A DNA stretch of 39,448 nucleotides from Planctomycetota bacterium (lineage in GTDB: Bacteria; Planctomycetota; UBA11346). Made by a program: the position numbers and the translations under genes. Shown here piece by piece: positions 7,936-16,533 of the stretch (position 1 is its first letter; every line of letters starts with the position of its first letter). The stretch covers positions 1 through 39,448 of the forward strand of contig JACDGQ010000001.1 of the NCBI GenBank assembly GCA_013821615.1. The letters are read 5' to 3'. The notes under the pieces are model-generated. The model worked only from the letters and a program-made list of their open reading frames with translations, made no database searches and had not been told where the DNA came from.

Positions 7936-10290
7936 TCACATCCACACCGGGACTTGGATGAAGAAGTCGTAGTGGGCGACGGCGGTGCCGGCCTGTCCGG
8001 TCTTCAGCACGCCACATGCGATGGTCCAGGTGCTGGGTGGAATGGTCTTCGTGCCATCGCCCTGGAGCTGCGTGGTGCTGGTGATCCAGGCCACGGCCAA
8101 GCTGGGGTACTCCGGGTAGAGCGTGATCGAGTAGACGTTCGAGCCGGTCTTGGCGGTGATCTTTCCAACCATCGCCGGATGCTGGCCGTGGCTGGTCCCG
8201 CCAGCGGCAGCGCTGTTCTTCCAGGTGCTCGTGGCCGCGTCATAAGCCAGCACCTGCTTGTCCAGCGGCGCGGTGACGGCCACATCTTCCAGCGCATCCA
8301 GGGTGTGGTTGATGAGCGAGGTGACGCCACTCTTCGAGGTCAGGATCTGCAGCGTGCCGCCGGGATTGCCCGGCAGCCGCGTCGGCGCACCGGTGGCCCC
8401 GCCGACGATCAGATCGCCGACCGTGGTCATCGGGTTGGCCAGCAGGTTGGTTACCGGATCGCCCAGGTGGTAGTCAACCCCGGCGATGGTGAGGTAGTCC
8501 TTCACCAGCTTGGCGTTGGTGACGGTGCCATCGGCGATCTTCGGTCCGGTGACGGCGTTCGCCGCCAACTCGGCGGTGCCCACCGCGTTTGCTGCGATCT
8601 GGGCGTTGGCGGTGGTGCCAGTGAGGTCGCCGCCGAGGATGTGGTCGTGCGGTTCCGGCGGGAAGGTCGCCGGAACGTTGGTGAGCTTCGCCCAGGCCAC
8701 TGAGACGACCTTGGGATCGGTGATGGCGCCATCGGCGATCTCGGCGGTGCCCACCGCGCCGGCCACGATCTGGGCGTTCGCCGTCGTGCCGGTGAGGTCG
8801 CCGCCCACCGCGTGGTCGTGCGGCGTGGGTGGGAACTGAAATGGTTTCCCGGTGACCTCGCCCCAATCGGGCCAGCGGATCGCGGTCTGCGGTGGGCCGG
8901 TGATTTTGGCCCAGGCGACGGTCACGATCTTGGCGTCGGTGATCGCGCCATCCGCCACAGCGACGGTGGTGACGGCGTTGGCGGCCAGCTTCGGGGCGGT
9001 AACCGCACCATCGGCCAGCTTGCCCGTCGTCACGGCGGCATCGGCAAACGCGCCGGTCGGGATCTGCAGCCACTGGAGCGTGCCGCCCACGCGCAGCAGG
9101 GCGCGGTCGTCGGTCGTTGCTGCGAACGCGGCCGGACGAGCCGACGCTCCGGTGGCATTGGCGAGCACGCTGGTGCCAGCTACCTCCTTCAGGTCGCCAA
9201 CTTCGAAGTCGCGGAACTCTGGCTTGGCATCCGCTCCCGACACCGGCCCAGCGAGCACCTGATGCGCGGGCACCGGGTCAGCGACGATCACGTCGCGCGG
9301 CTTCCAGCGTTCGGCAGCAGCATCCCACAACGCGGCCTGCTCATCCGTGGGCGGGACCGTGATCACATCCACATCGGTCAGGTCGGCGAAGCGCTCGGCT
9401 CCGCCACCAGCGCCGGCGCTTCCGGCGCGCACGACGCAGAGGCGATCCTGGGCATGGTGCAGGACCAGACGGCCGTTCTCGCTCGGCTTGGTCGGCGTTA
9501 GGCCACCGGGCACGCCGGGGTCGAGCCAGTAGTCGGTGTGTGGCGTCAGACCGTCCAGACAGCAGATGCCCCACAGCACCAGCAACGCGGTGTCCACGTC
9601 AGGAATGCGGCCAACCACTGCCAGGACATCGGTGGAGCCGACCACACCGGCATCCGCCAATGCCCAGGTCGCACCGGTCCAGCGCAGCACGTCGCCGACG
9701 AACCAGGCGTGATTGGTGGCGGTAACGTCCAGCACGAGATTCGGTGATCCGCCGGCAGCACCACCGGCGGGAAATTGGACGATGCCCCAGGCCACGCCAG
9801 TGCCGGGTTCTTTCCACAGGATGCGCGCACCGCCTTCGTCGCCCGTGGCCAAGCTGCCGGTCTCGTCGGTGACGATCGCCGCGAGTTCGTCCTCCTCGGC
9901 ATCGATGTCGAGGCGCATCGGCGTGACGCCGGCGACCATCGCCCGGCCGACGCCATTGGCGGCGATGGGTTCCTGCAGGATGCAGAAGCGGTTGGCGTGA
10001 TCATCCTTGTCCGGCGAGATGCCGCTGAAGGTGATGCGCTCCTGAAACGCCTGCGGATTCTCGCTCGGCAGAATGAGTGGATCGTCGAGGCCGAGCACGG
10101 CGAAGCGGCTCTGGTCGGTGCCCGAGTCGTTGCGGATCAGGACGATGCCGGGGATCGCCACTGTCATGCCACCATCGGCCGAGCGTGACTGCCGGCTGGC
10201 CTGGTAGGCCGTGGCGGCATCGACGAACGAGTTGAAGGTCTCGGCGGAGATCTTCAGCGGCTGCCCGGCCGCGACCTTGGCGAGCGTCAC
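7936..10290 (-). CDS. Tail fibre or central fibre protein with internal tandem repeats and HxH motifs
   Basis: The 784-aa ORF has repeated segments at aa ~415-598. These include short AVTxxKLA/IADGAITDxK units and two copies of FPPxPHDHxxGGDLTGTTANAQI. Its position is downstream of the tape measure and a Dit-like gene. Confidence 0.7.
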   Translation of the reverse strand: MTLAKVAAGQPLKISAETFNSFVDAATAYQASRQSRSADGGMTVAIPGIVLIRNDSGTDQSRFAVLGLDDPLILPSENPQAFQERITFSGISPDKDDHANRFCILQEPIAANGVGRAMVAGVTPMRLDIDAEEDELAAIVTDETGSLATGDEGGARILWKEPGTGVAWGIVQFPAGGAAGGSPNLVLDVTATNHAWFVGDVLRWTGATWALADAGVVGSTDVLAVVGRIPDVDTALLVLWGICCLDGLTPHTDYWLDPGVPGGLTPTKPSENGRLVLHHAQDRLCVVRAGSAGAGGGAERFADLTDVDVITVPPTDEQAALWDAAAERWKPRDVIVADPVPAHQVLAGPVSGADAKPEFRDFEVGDLKEVAGTSVLANATGASARPAAFAATTDDRALLRVGGTLQWLQIPTGAFADAAVTTGKLADGAVTAPKLAANAVTTVAVADGAITDAKIVTVAWAKITGPPQTAIRWPDWGEVTGKPFQFPPTPHDHAVGGDLTGTTANAQIVAGAVGTAEIADGAITDPKVVSVAWAKLTNVPATFPPEPHDHILGGDLTGTTANAQIAANAVGTAELAANAVTGPKIADGTVTNAKLVKDYLTIAGVDYHLGDPVTNLLANPMTTVGDLIVGGATGAPTRLPGNPGGTLQILTSKSGVTSLINHTLDALEDVAVTAPLDKQVLAYDAATSTWKNSAAAGGTSHGQHPAMVGKITAKTGSNVYSITLYPEYPSLAVAWITSTTQLQGDGTKTIPPSTWTIACGVLKTGQAGTAVAHYDFFIQVPVWM

Positions 10291-11096
10291 GAGCCGATCC
10301 CCAAGCCGGCGAACGACGCGAAGGGATAGACCTGCTCGACGTAGACCGCGATTGGCTTCTTGATCAGCACCTTGGCGGCCTGATCCACGTCATCGCCGTA
10401 CTGCACCCACAGGTAGTCCCAGCCGCGCTTCTGGATGTTGCTGATGCTGCCGACCGACAGGTTCGACCGGTTCGGCGAGGCGGCGAACTTGTAGCTGATC
10501 TCCCAGCGGTCGGTCGCGTCCAGGCCACGACGGCTGCCGCTGGCACCGAGAAAGATCACCTCGCCGGCCTGGAAGCCGCGAAACGAAAAGCTGTTCACGG
10601 CGCCGGTCAGTCCGAAGAGTGACAGCTTGTAGCCCTGGGTGACGAAGCTGGGGTCGAGGTAGTGCGTCTCCGAGAACTGGTAGACTGGAACGGTGATGTC
10701 GACGCCGGCGACGTTCTGTCCATCGTAGCCGATCGCTCCGCCGAGGGCGGTGCTCGCCGAGGGGCCGTAACGACCGACCGTCTGCAGTGACTGCGTGATG
10801 TGCTGAGTGCCGCCGCCGGTGTCGAAGGCGAAGGTCGGCTCGGGGTTGTCTTGCTGCGAGGCCTCGGCTGCCTCGTAGGTGACGGTCACCTTCCAAGTCG
10901 TCTCGTTGAGACGCTCCTCCAGCGTGATCGATTTGAGGAACATGCCGGCATAGACCGGCGGCACCTGCGCCAAGGCCAGGGCGCGAACCTCGGCCTCGTC
11001 CACCGCGTCGAGCACGACGTAGTGCATCTCGGCCTTGGGCTTGTCGCTCAGGGTCTCGGTACGGCCGGCGAAGAGTTCGTGGAGCGAGGCGGGCAT
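10287..11096 (-). CDS. Minor tail protein (position of a distal tail protein)
   Basis: The 269-aa ORF lies immediately after the tape measure gene and overlaps the next gene by 4 nt. The assignment is by position only. Confidence 0.45.
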   Translation of the reverse strand: MPASLHELFAGRTETLSDKPKAEMHYVVLDAVDEAEVRALALAQVPPVYAGMFLKSITLEERLNETTWKVTVTYEAAEASQQDNPEPTFAFDTGGGTQHITQSLQTVGRYGPSASTALGGAIGYDGQNVAGVDITVPVYQFSETHYLDPSFVTQGYKLSLFGLTGAVNSFSFRGFQAGEVIFLGASGSRRGLDATDRWEISYKFAASPNRSNLSVGSISNIQKRGWDYLWVQYGDDVDQAAKVLIKKPIAVYVEQVYPFASFAGLGIGS

Positions 11097-11098
11097 GG

Positions 11099-13414
11099 TT
11101 ATCCAAACACCAGTTGGCCGTCCTCGGCAGCGCGCAGCAGTTTCTGGGTATTCTTGGCCGTCTCTTCCGACGCCTTCGCGGTGCGTTCACCGGTGCTGTC
11201 GCCGACACCGAGCTGCCCGATCGCGGCGGCATTGAACGAGCCGGTCACGTCGAGCTTCTGCGCCGCCACGTCGAGCGTCTCGGGCATCCGCGCGAGCTGG
11301 TCGGTGAGCGCCGACAGGTCGGGCAATCCCGTGGCAGCGGGATCTGGAGTCGGCGGGTTGTTGTCGCCCGCGCCGGACATCCGTTCGGTGACCTTGGTGC
11401 GCTGCTGACGCGCCTCGGCCAAGGCCGCGTCCAGTTCCGCGCGTGCCGCATCCACGCCACCGTCACGTTGGGTGAGCTTGTCGGTGAGATCTTGCGAGAG
11501 GCCTTGCAACACCGACTGGCGATCGGCCTCGATCGAGGCGACGCCCTGGTCGCGCGTCTGGCTGCGCTGCGCCCGGCGATCATCCACCGCCTGGTTGTCC
11601 GAGGTCGTCTGCTGCTCGACAGTCAAGGTCAGGCCTTGGTCGGCGATCCCCAGCAGTTCCAGCAGGCTCGCCAGTTTGCTGGCGATGGAGCCGACCGCGT
11701 CGTTCCAAAGCTTCGTAATGCCACCGACCACTGCGTCCCAGGCATCAGCGATGCTGTTCACCACCGTCCAAAACACCTCTTGGACGCCGAACCAAGTCGT
11801 GGCGAAGATTTTGGCAAAGCCGGCAATCGCCGCGTCCCAGAAGTTCAGCAGGAAGCTGGTGCCGCGCTCCCACTCCAGCTTCAACGTCGCCCACACGATC
11901 TTGGCCGCGAGGCCGATATCGCCGGCCGCCAGCGCATCAGCGATGCCACCCCACGCCGCGACCGCGTCGCCTTCCAGCGTCTGGAATCCCGCGCCGAGCA
12001 GCCCGAGTGCCTGCTGGCCGGTCTGGGTCTGCGTGACGATCACCACGCCGAGCGCCACCACGCCAGCGATCACCGCCGCCATCGGCGTCAGTAGCGATCC
12101 AAGAACGCCGCCGAGAAAGATGAACGCCGCTCCTGCCGCGCTGGCGATGGATGCGAGTACGCCCAACCCGGTGCCCACCGCTGACGCGGTGATGCCGAGG
12201 GCGACCAGTCCGAGGCCGACGCTTCCCAGCACCACACCGAGGCCGAGCAGTCCGACCACCAAGCCCTGGTTGCGATCAATCCATCCACGCAGGCCGACCA
12301 GAAACGTCGTCACCGCCTGGGCTGCGTTCAGCAGCGTCGGCGCGAGGGCGCTGCCGATCGCCGTGGCCAGGCCGCCCACCGTGGCGGCGACCCGATCCCA
12401 CGCATCGGCGAGCGCGCCTGCGGCTTCCACTTGGCCGGCGGTCATGCTCGCACCGAGACGACGCGCCTCGCTGCGGAGCGCATCGAGATCCTGAATGACT
12501 GGCAACAGCTTGGTGCCTGATTTTCCGAGCACCGCCATCGCCGCTGCGGCTCGTGCCGTCGGATCGGGAATGCGACGAAGGGCTGTCGCCACCGCCAGAA
12601 ATTGCTGCTCAGGCGTGAGCGCCTTGAGGCGATCCGCCGACAGGCCGAGGCCAGCGAACGCGGCGCGGGTCTGATCGCTCGCGCCGAGCACGGAGGACAG
12701 CGACTTGGTGAGGCCGGACAACGCGCCCTGGGCGGTGGTGAGCGCGCTTGCATCCGGTGCCGGTACAGCCGTCGGTGGTGGCGATCCCGCCGCTGCTGGC
12801 GCAGCGCGGCCAACAGTGGGTGCGCCCACGGCGGCCAACGCTGCACCCAGCCGCTTGGTGTCGCCAGCGATCAGCGCCAACCGTGCGCCGGCTTCGCCCA
12901 ACACCGACACCGCCAGCGCCGCGCGCTTGCCGGGATCCGCGATGCCTGCCAAGGCTGCGGCCACTGCCTGCACGGCACCTGCTGGACCGGCTGCGGCGAG
13001 ATCTTCTGCCTTCAGCCCGAGTGCGCCGAGCGCCTCGATGGCGGCCGGTGCATCGGCTCCGAGATCACCGAGACGCTTCTGCAGGATGCGGACCGACGCT
13101 TCGACATCGTCGAGCGACGCGCCGGATAACCCGGCGGCGTACCCCAACTCGGACAGTGTCTGCACCGGCACGCCGGTGCGCTGCGCCATTTCGGTGAGCG
13201 CGTCACCGGTCTCGGCGAAGTGCTTGGTCGCCAAGGCCAGCGGCGCCAGGATCGCCGCACCGGCGGCGGCTACCTGGGTGCCCAGCGTCCGCACCGACGT
13301 GCCGAACGCCTGGAGCTTCCGCTGCGCGGAGCGCAGACCGGCGGCGAGTTTGCTGTCGTCGGCGGTCAACTCGACGTAGGCGCGCCCGGCGCGGATGCCT
13401 CCGGCGCTGGCCAC
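11099..13414 (-). CDS. Tail tape measure protein
   Basis: The 771-aa protein is Ala/Gly-rich and largely helical. Its N-terminal motif is typical of tape measure proteins (GRAYVELTADDSKLAAGLRSAQRKLQAFG ... LTEMAQRTGVPVQTLSELGYAAGLSGASLDDVEASV). It has a central hydrophobic stretch and sits after the tail chaperone genes. Confidence 0.85.
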   Translation of the reverse strand: MASAGGIRAGRAYVELTADDSKLAAGLRSAQRKLQAFGTSVRTLGTQVAAAGAAILAPLALATKHFAETGDALTEMAQRTGVPVQTLSELGYAAGLSGASLDDVEASVRILQKRLGDLGADAPAAIEALGALGLKAEDLAAAGPAGAVQAVAAALAGIADPGKRAALAVSVLGEAGARLALIAGDTKRLGAALAAVGAPTVGRAAPAAAGSPPPTAVPAPDASALTTAQGALSGLTKSLSSVLGASDQTRAAFAGLGLSADRLKALTPEQQFLAVATALRRIPDPTARAAAAMAVLGKSGTKLLPVIQDLDALRSEARRLGASMTAGQVEAAGALADAWDRVAATVGGLATAIGSALAPTLLNAAQAVTTFLVGLRGWIDRNQGLVVGLLGLGVVLGSVGLGLVALGITASAVGTGLGVLASIASAAGAAFIFLGGVLGSLLTPMAAVIAGVVALGVVIVTQTQTGQQALGLLGAGFQTLEGDAVAAWGGIADALAAGDIGLAAKIVWATLKLEWERGTSFLLNFWDAAIAGFAKIFATTWFGVQEVFWTVVNSIADAWDAVVGGITKLWNDAVGSIASKLASLLELLGIADQGLTLTVEQQTTSDNQAVDDRRAQRSQTRDQGVASIEADRQSVLQGLSQDLTDKLTQRDGGVDAARAELDAALAEARQQRTKVTERMSGAGDNNPPTPDPAATGLPDLSALTDQLARMPETLDVAAQKLDVTGSFNAAAIGQLGVGDSTGERTAKASEETAKNTQKLLRAAEDGQLVFG

Positions 13415-13704
13415 TACGGACGCGCCTTGGGTTGGATGCCCGCCGCATCCAGGTTGCGATAGTAGTCGAGCGTCGGCTCATCCAGCGCGACCATGCCTTG
13501 GAGTCGAGCCTCGCCGGGCAGCCAGCCGCCTTTGCCATCGGGCAGCACCACCTGGATCGGTCGGTCATCCACGATCCGGGCAGGCGTGCCCATTTGCGCC
13601 CAGACCACTTCACGGGACAGGGCCACCCGTTCGGGAAAGATCCCGCAGCCGGTCAGGGCGAGCGAGACGATCAGCAGCAGGAGCGAGAGGGTCGTTGATC
13701 GCAC
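13414..13704 (-). CDS. Lipoprotein (96 aa)
   Basis: The N-terminus MRSTTLSLLLLIVSLALTGC is a signal peptide with a lipobox (LTGC). The stop overlaps the tape measure GTG start by 1 nt. Confidence 0.65.
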   Translation of the reverse strand: MRSTTLSLLLLIVSLALTGCGIFPERVALSREVVWAQMGTPARIVDDRPIQVVLPDGKGGWLPGEARLQGMVALDEPTLDYYRNLDAAGIQPKARP

Positions 13705-13798
13705 GGGCGGTCTCCGTTCGGACAGGGTTGAAGACGTCGAGGAAGAGCCGCGCGATGCCGACGAGTGCCGGCACCAACGCGGAGATGATGGCGGCCAT
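13610..13798 (-). CDS. Possible small N-terminally anchored membrane protein (62 aa)
   Basis: The N-terminus MAAIISALVPALVGIARLFL is hydrophobic. The ORF starts 1 nt after the upstream gene stop. It overlaps the lipoprotein gene by 95 nt in another frame. Whether it is coding is uncertain. Confidence 0.3.
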   Translation of the reverse strand: MAAIISALVPALVGIARLFLDVFNPVRTETARAINDPLAPAADRLARPDRLRDLSRTGGPVP

Positions 13799-13799
13799 G

Positions 13800-14099
13800 T
13801 CAGCCTCCCGTCTTCGGCTGACTCCCTGCGGTTTTCACCTGGGCGCGGGCAGCGGTGTAGCCGAGCGCGGCCAGCACCGACAGAACGCCACCGATGATCT
13901 GGGCGACGATGCCGCCGTCGTGGATGGCGCCGCTCGCCATCACGACGCCGAGCAGCGTGGCGATGCTGGAGAGCCAGAACTCGGTGGTCTGGATGCCCGG
14001 CTTCGGCGGGACAGTGGCCGGGGTCGACGCGGCACCGGAATCCGGAGCGGCATCCTGGGTCCGGGTGATGATGTGGGTGGTCTGGTCGTTGGCGGGCAT
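13800..14099 (-). CDS. Two-TM membrane protein (99 aa, holin-like topology)
   Basis: I chose ATG 14099 (MPANDQ...) because the longer track ORF 13800..14396 has an Arg-rich, implausible N-terminus. Two hydrophobic helices are present: FWLSSIATLLGVVMASGAI and IVAQIIGGVLSVLAALGYTA. Confidence 0.55.
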   Translation of the reverse strand: MPANDQTTHIITRTQDAAPDSGAASTPATVPPKPGIQTTEFWLSSIATLLGVVMASGAIHDGGIVAQIIGGVLSVLAALGYTAARAQVKTAGSQPKTGG

Positions 14100-14101
14100 G
14101 G

Positions 14102-14326
14102 TCAGGTTCCTGTGGTTGGGGGTGAAGAAACAGCAGACACGAAGAGATCGCGCAGGACGGTGAGATCCCGCGTGCGCGGCACGGACTCGCGCGCGTGGTC
14201 GGGATGGAAGTCCGCCGGGGTGTAAGCCCGGTGGCGTTTGGGATCGCGGTGGCAGTTGGCGATCAGGGCCATCAGCGTGGCGGTGTGATTCCACCGCGAC
14301 GCGTCGGCTCCCGCCGCCATCGCCAC
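14102..14326 (-). CDS. Candidate -1 frameshift extension of the tail assembly chaperone (gpT-like part of a G/GT pair)
   Basis: This frame is -1 relative to the upstream chaperone ORF and stays open well upstream of the chaperone stop at 14341. The sequence ...WNHTATLMALIANCHRDPKRHRAYTPADFHP resembles the T-part motif seen in many siphovirus GT proteins. The position directly before the tape measure region also fits. Confidence 0.5.
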   Translation of the reverse strand: MAMAAGADASRWNHTATLMALIANCHRDPKRHRAYTPADFHPDHARESVPRTRDLTVLRDLFVSAVSSPPTTGT

Positions 14327-14340
14327 CAGTTCCCGCAGGG

Positions 14341-14829
14341 TCAGGCCGCCGGCATCGGTTCCGGCGGCGCCGGCGAGTCGCCAGATGAGATCCCACGCGG
14401 AGGTGCGGCGAATGCGGCCTGCACCGCCGCCGCCAGCTCCGGGCTGTCGAGTCTGAGTTCGGCCGCCGCCAGCGCCTGACGCTGCCAGGCGTTCAGCTTC
14501 TCCAGCGCCTTGGTCAGCACCCGGCGCTTCGGGCTCGGGAAAAAACCGACGAGACCCTCCAGCAGCGCGGTGGTTGCGGCGTCGATGACGTCGCCGGCGA
14601 GCGCGCGGCCGAAATCGCCATCGTTGACCTGCTTGGCTTCGGCCTCGGGGCGGATGACCGCGAACAGCACGTCGCAGAGCAGCACCGGGTCTGAGATCAG
14701 GCGATCGATGAGTGTGCCACCGGCCACGTCGAGCAGATCGACGTTGGTGGTGTTGCGCACCCGACGCACGGTGTCGACTGTGATATTGATGGTCCAGACG
14801 CGGCCGGTGGTATCGGTGAACGTGGGCAT
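14341..14829 (-). CDS. Tail assembly chaperone (gpG-like)
   Basis: I chose ATG 14829 (MPTFTDTTGRVWTINITV...), giving 162 aa. The gene lies between the major tail protein and the tape measure. The track ORF 14341..15147 has an implausible N-terminal extension that overlaps the major tail gene. Confidence 0.6.
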   Translation of the reverse strand: MPTFTDTTGRVWTINITVDTVRRVRNTTNVDLLDVAGGTLIDRLISDPVLLCDVLFAVIRPEAEAKQVNDGDFGRALAGDVIDAATTALLEGLVGFFPSPKRRVLTKALEKLNAWQRQALAAAELRLDSPELAAAVQAAFAAPPRGISSGDSPAPPEPMPAA

Positions 14830-14849
14830 GGGAGTTTTCCTGACGAGGA

Positions 14850-15299
14850 TCAGAGGGTGATCCACGCCGGGGGCGTGGCGGAATAGCCGGGCTTGGCAGT
14901 GACTTTCACCAACGCCGCCTCTTCCAGCGGCTGGGTGAACTCCATGTTGGTGATCATCGCATCGCAGCTCAGGCCCTGGGTGCCGTTGGTGCCGGAGGCG
15001 GGAATGAGTCCGTCGAGCACGCGCAGGCCGATGACCGCGTTGGCGAAATACGCCGTGCGGATGGCGGTGAAGCCGGCGTCCGCAGTGTCGTAGATCATCT
15101 CGAACTCGATGTTGCCGCTCTTGAGCGTGGCGAGGCTGGCCTTCCACCCGTTGTTGGCGCGCGTGGTGACATCGGCATCGCCACCCTCGATGGTGAGCGT
15201 CACGTCCTTGGCGTTACCCAGGATGGTCCAGGCGTTGGCCGACGCCTGGCCACCGGTCTTGTAGTAGAGCTTGCAGTCGAGGCCGAGTTTGGCGGGCAT
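14850..15299 (-). CDS. Major tail protein (TP901-1/phi13-like family pattern)
   Basis: The 149-aa sequence is MPAKLGLDCKLYYKTGG...WTILGNAKDVTLTIEGGDADVTTRANNGWKASLATLKSGNIEFEMIYD. This matches the conserved pattern of that major tail family. Confidence 0.8.
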   Translation of the reverse strand: MPAKLGLDCKLYYKTGGQASANAWTILGNAKDVTLTIEGGDADVTTRANNGWKASLATLKSGNIEFEMIYDTADAGFTAIRTAYFANAVIGLRVLDGLIPASGTNGTQGLSCDAMITNMEFTQPLEEAALVKVTAKPGYSATPPAWITL

Positions 15300-15311
15300 G
15301 GATGGATTCCT

Positions 15312-15746
15312 TCAGCGGATGGAGTTGCGCCAGTGCGGCGGCAGACGTGGCACCTCGGCGTCGAAGGCCGGGCGCATGAACGGACGGGGCCGGTAGTGGG
15401 CGAGGTAGCTGCGGCCCCAGCGGCTGCGCGTCGCGGTGCCGCCATATTCCAGCAGCGGCGGTGTGTCGCCTTGGCCCTTGTTGAGTCGTACCGGGCCGAT
15501 CACCACCGAGCGGCGATCCCGGTCCCACGCGAAGTACAGATGCTGGCGCAGCAGGCCGACGTGCGACGACGGCGGCGAACCAGGCGGGCTGGGATTCGCG
15601 CGCGGTCGGATCGAGGTCTTCGCCCGCTGCCGGACGAAGGCCCCGAAGCGCGACAGCACCTTGCGCTCCGCGACCGTGGTGGCGTTTTGCACCACCGCCC
15701 GGTCGAAGAATCCGGCCTTCGCCTGCTTCAACGTCAGTCCGATCAC
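15312..15746 (-). CDS. Tail completion or neck protein (HK97 gp10-like by position and weak pattern)
   Basis: GTG 15746 forms a GTGA overlap with the upstream stop, giving 144 aa (VIGLTLKQAKAGFFDRAVVQNATTVAERKVLSRFGAFVRQRAK...). Confidence 0.45.
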   Translation of the reverse strand: MIGLTLKQAKAGFFDRAVVQNATTVAERKVLSRFGAFVRQRAKTSIRPRANPSPPGSPPSSHVGLLRQHLYFAWDRDRRSVVIGPVRLNKGQGDTPPLLEYGGTATRSRWGRSYLAHYRPRPFMRPAFDAEVPRLPPHWRNSIR

Positions 15747-16282
15747 GGACCGACTCCCACACCCTGGATCACGATCGACGAGCGCGGCGGCCCTGGCCAG
15801 ATCTGCGCCAAGAGCGGCCCGTTGTTGCGGAGTTCGACGTGCATGATTTCGCCCGGCGAGAGCTGAACGAGGTGCGACGCCTGGGCGCTGATCGGGAAGA
15901 GCTGCTGACTGGTGAGCACGAAGGACTGCTCGTTCTCCACGATCTGCGAGTTGCGCATGAAGCGCAGGCTGATGCCGCCGGTTTGCGCACCAACCGGCTG
16001 GAACAGCAGGTTCACCTGGAAGAGGTAGGTGCCGGGCAGCGGCGGCTGGAAGCGCCAGATGGCCCCGGTCCGGATGGACTGGTGCGAATCCACCTCGACC
16101 ACGCCGAAGTCGAGCGGCTGCCAGATGCCCGGTGGCGGCACGGGCAACGGTGGCAGCACCGCGCGTGCGTACACCGCGAGCGCCGACGTTGCGGGATCGA
16201 AGCCGCCTGGCGGACCCGGAGGACCGGGCGGTCCCTGAATGCCGCCGCCGTTGCCGACCGAGCCGATGTTGCCCATCACCAT
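15743..16282 (-). CDS. Collagen-like triplet plus C1q/TNF-like jelly-roll candidate (179 aa)
   Basis: ATG 16282 gives MVMGNIGSVGNGGGIQGPPGPPGPPGG. This is followed by ~140 aa with a beta-sandwich-like pattern (WRFQPPLPGTYLFQVNLLF ... ISLRFMRNSQIV ... GEIMHVELRN). Confidence 0.55.
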   Translation of the reverse strand: MVMGNIGSVGNGGGIQGPPGPPGPPGGFDPATSALAVYARAVLPPLPVPPPGIWQPLDFGVVEVDSHQSIRTGAIWRFQPPLPGTYLFQVNLLFQPVGAQTGGISLRFMRNSQIVENEQSFVLTSQQLFPISAQASHLVQLSPGEIMHVELRNNGPLLAQIWPGPPRSSIVIQGVGVGP

Positions 16283-16533
16283 GTGCCACCCACCACGGTC
16301 ACGCGACCGCCGAATTGGCCGCGCACACGCAGGTCGGCCAGGTTGATACGAGGAAAGCTGTGCCACTCCCCAGGCTGCCACGGCACAGCGTCGCCGAGGT
16401 CGCCCTCGAACTCGATCGGGCCGGGGTTGGTCGGCAGGGCGAGGACATCGACGGAGGCGACTTCCTCCTCCAGCGCCGAGCAGGGTTGCCACTGCGGAGT
16501 GACATCGATCACCCGTTGGACGAGGTTGTTCAT
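16276..16533 (-). CDS. Hypothetical head-tail module protein (85 aa)
   Basis: The start forms an ATGA overlap with the upstream gene. The composition is acidic and plausible for a protein. Confidence 0.45.
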   Translation of the reverse strand: MNNLVQRVIDVTPQWQPCSALEEEVASVDVLALPTNPGPIEFEGDLGDAVPWQPGEWHSFPRINLADLRVRGQFGGRVTVVGGTW

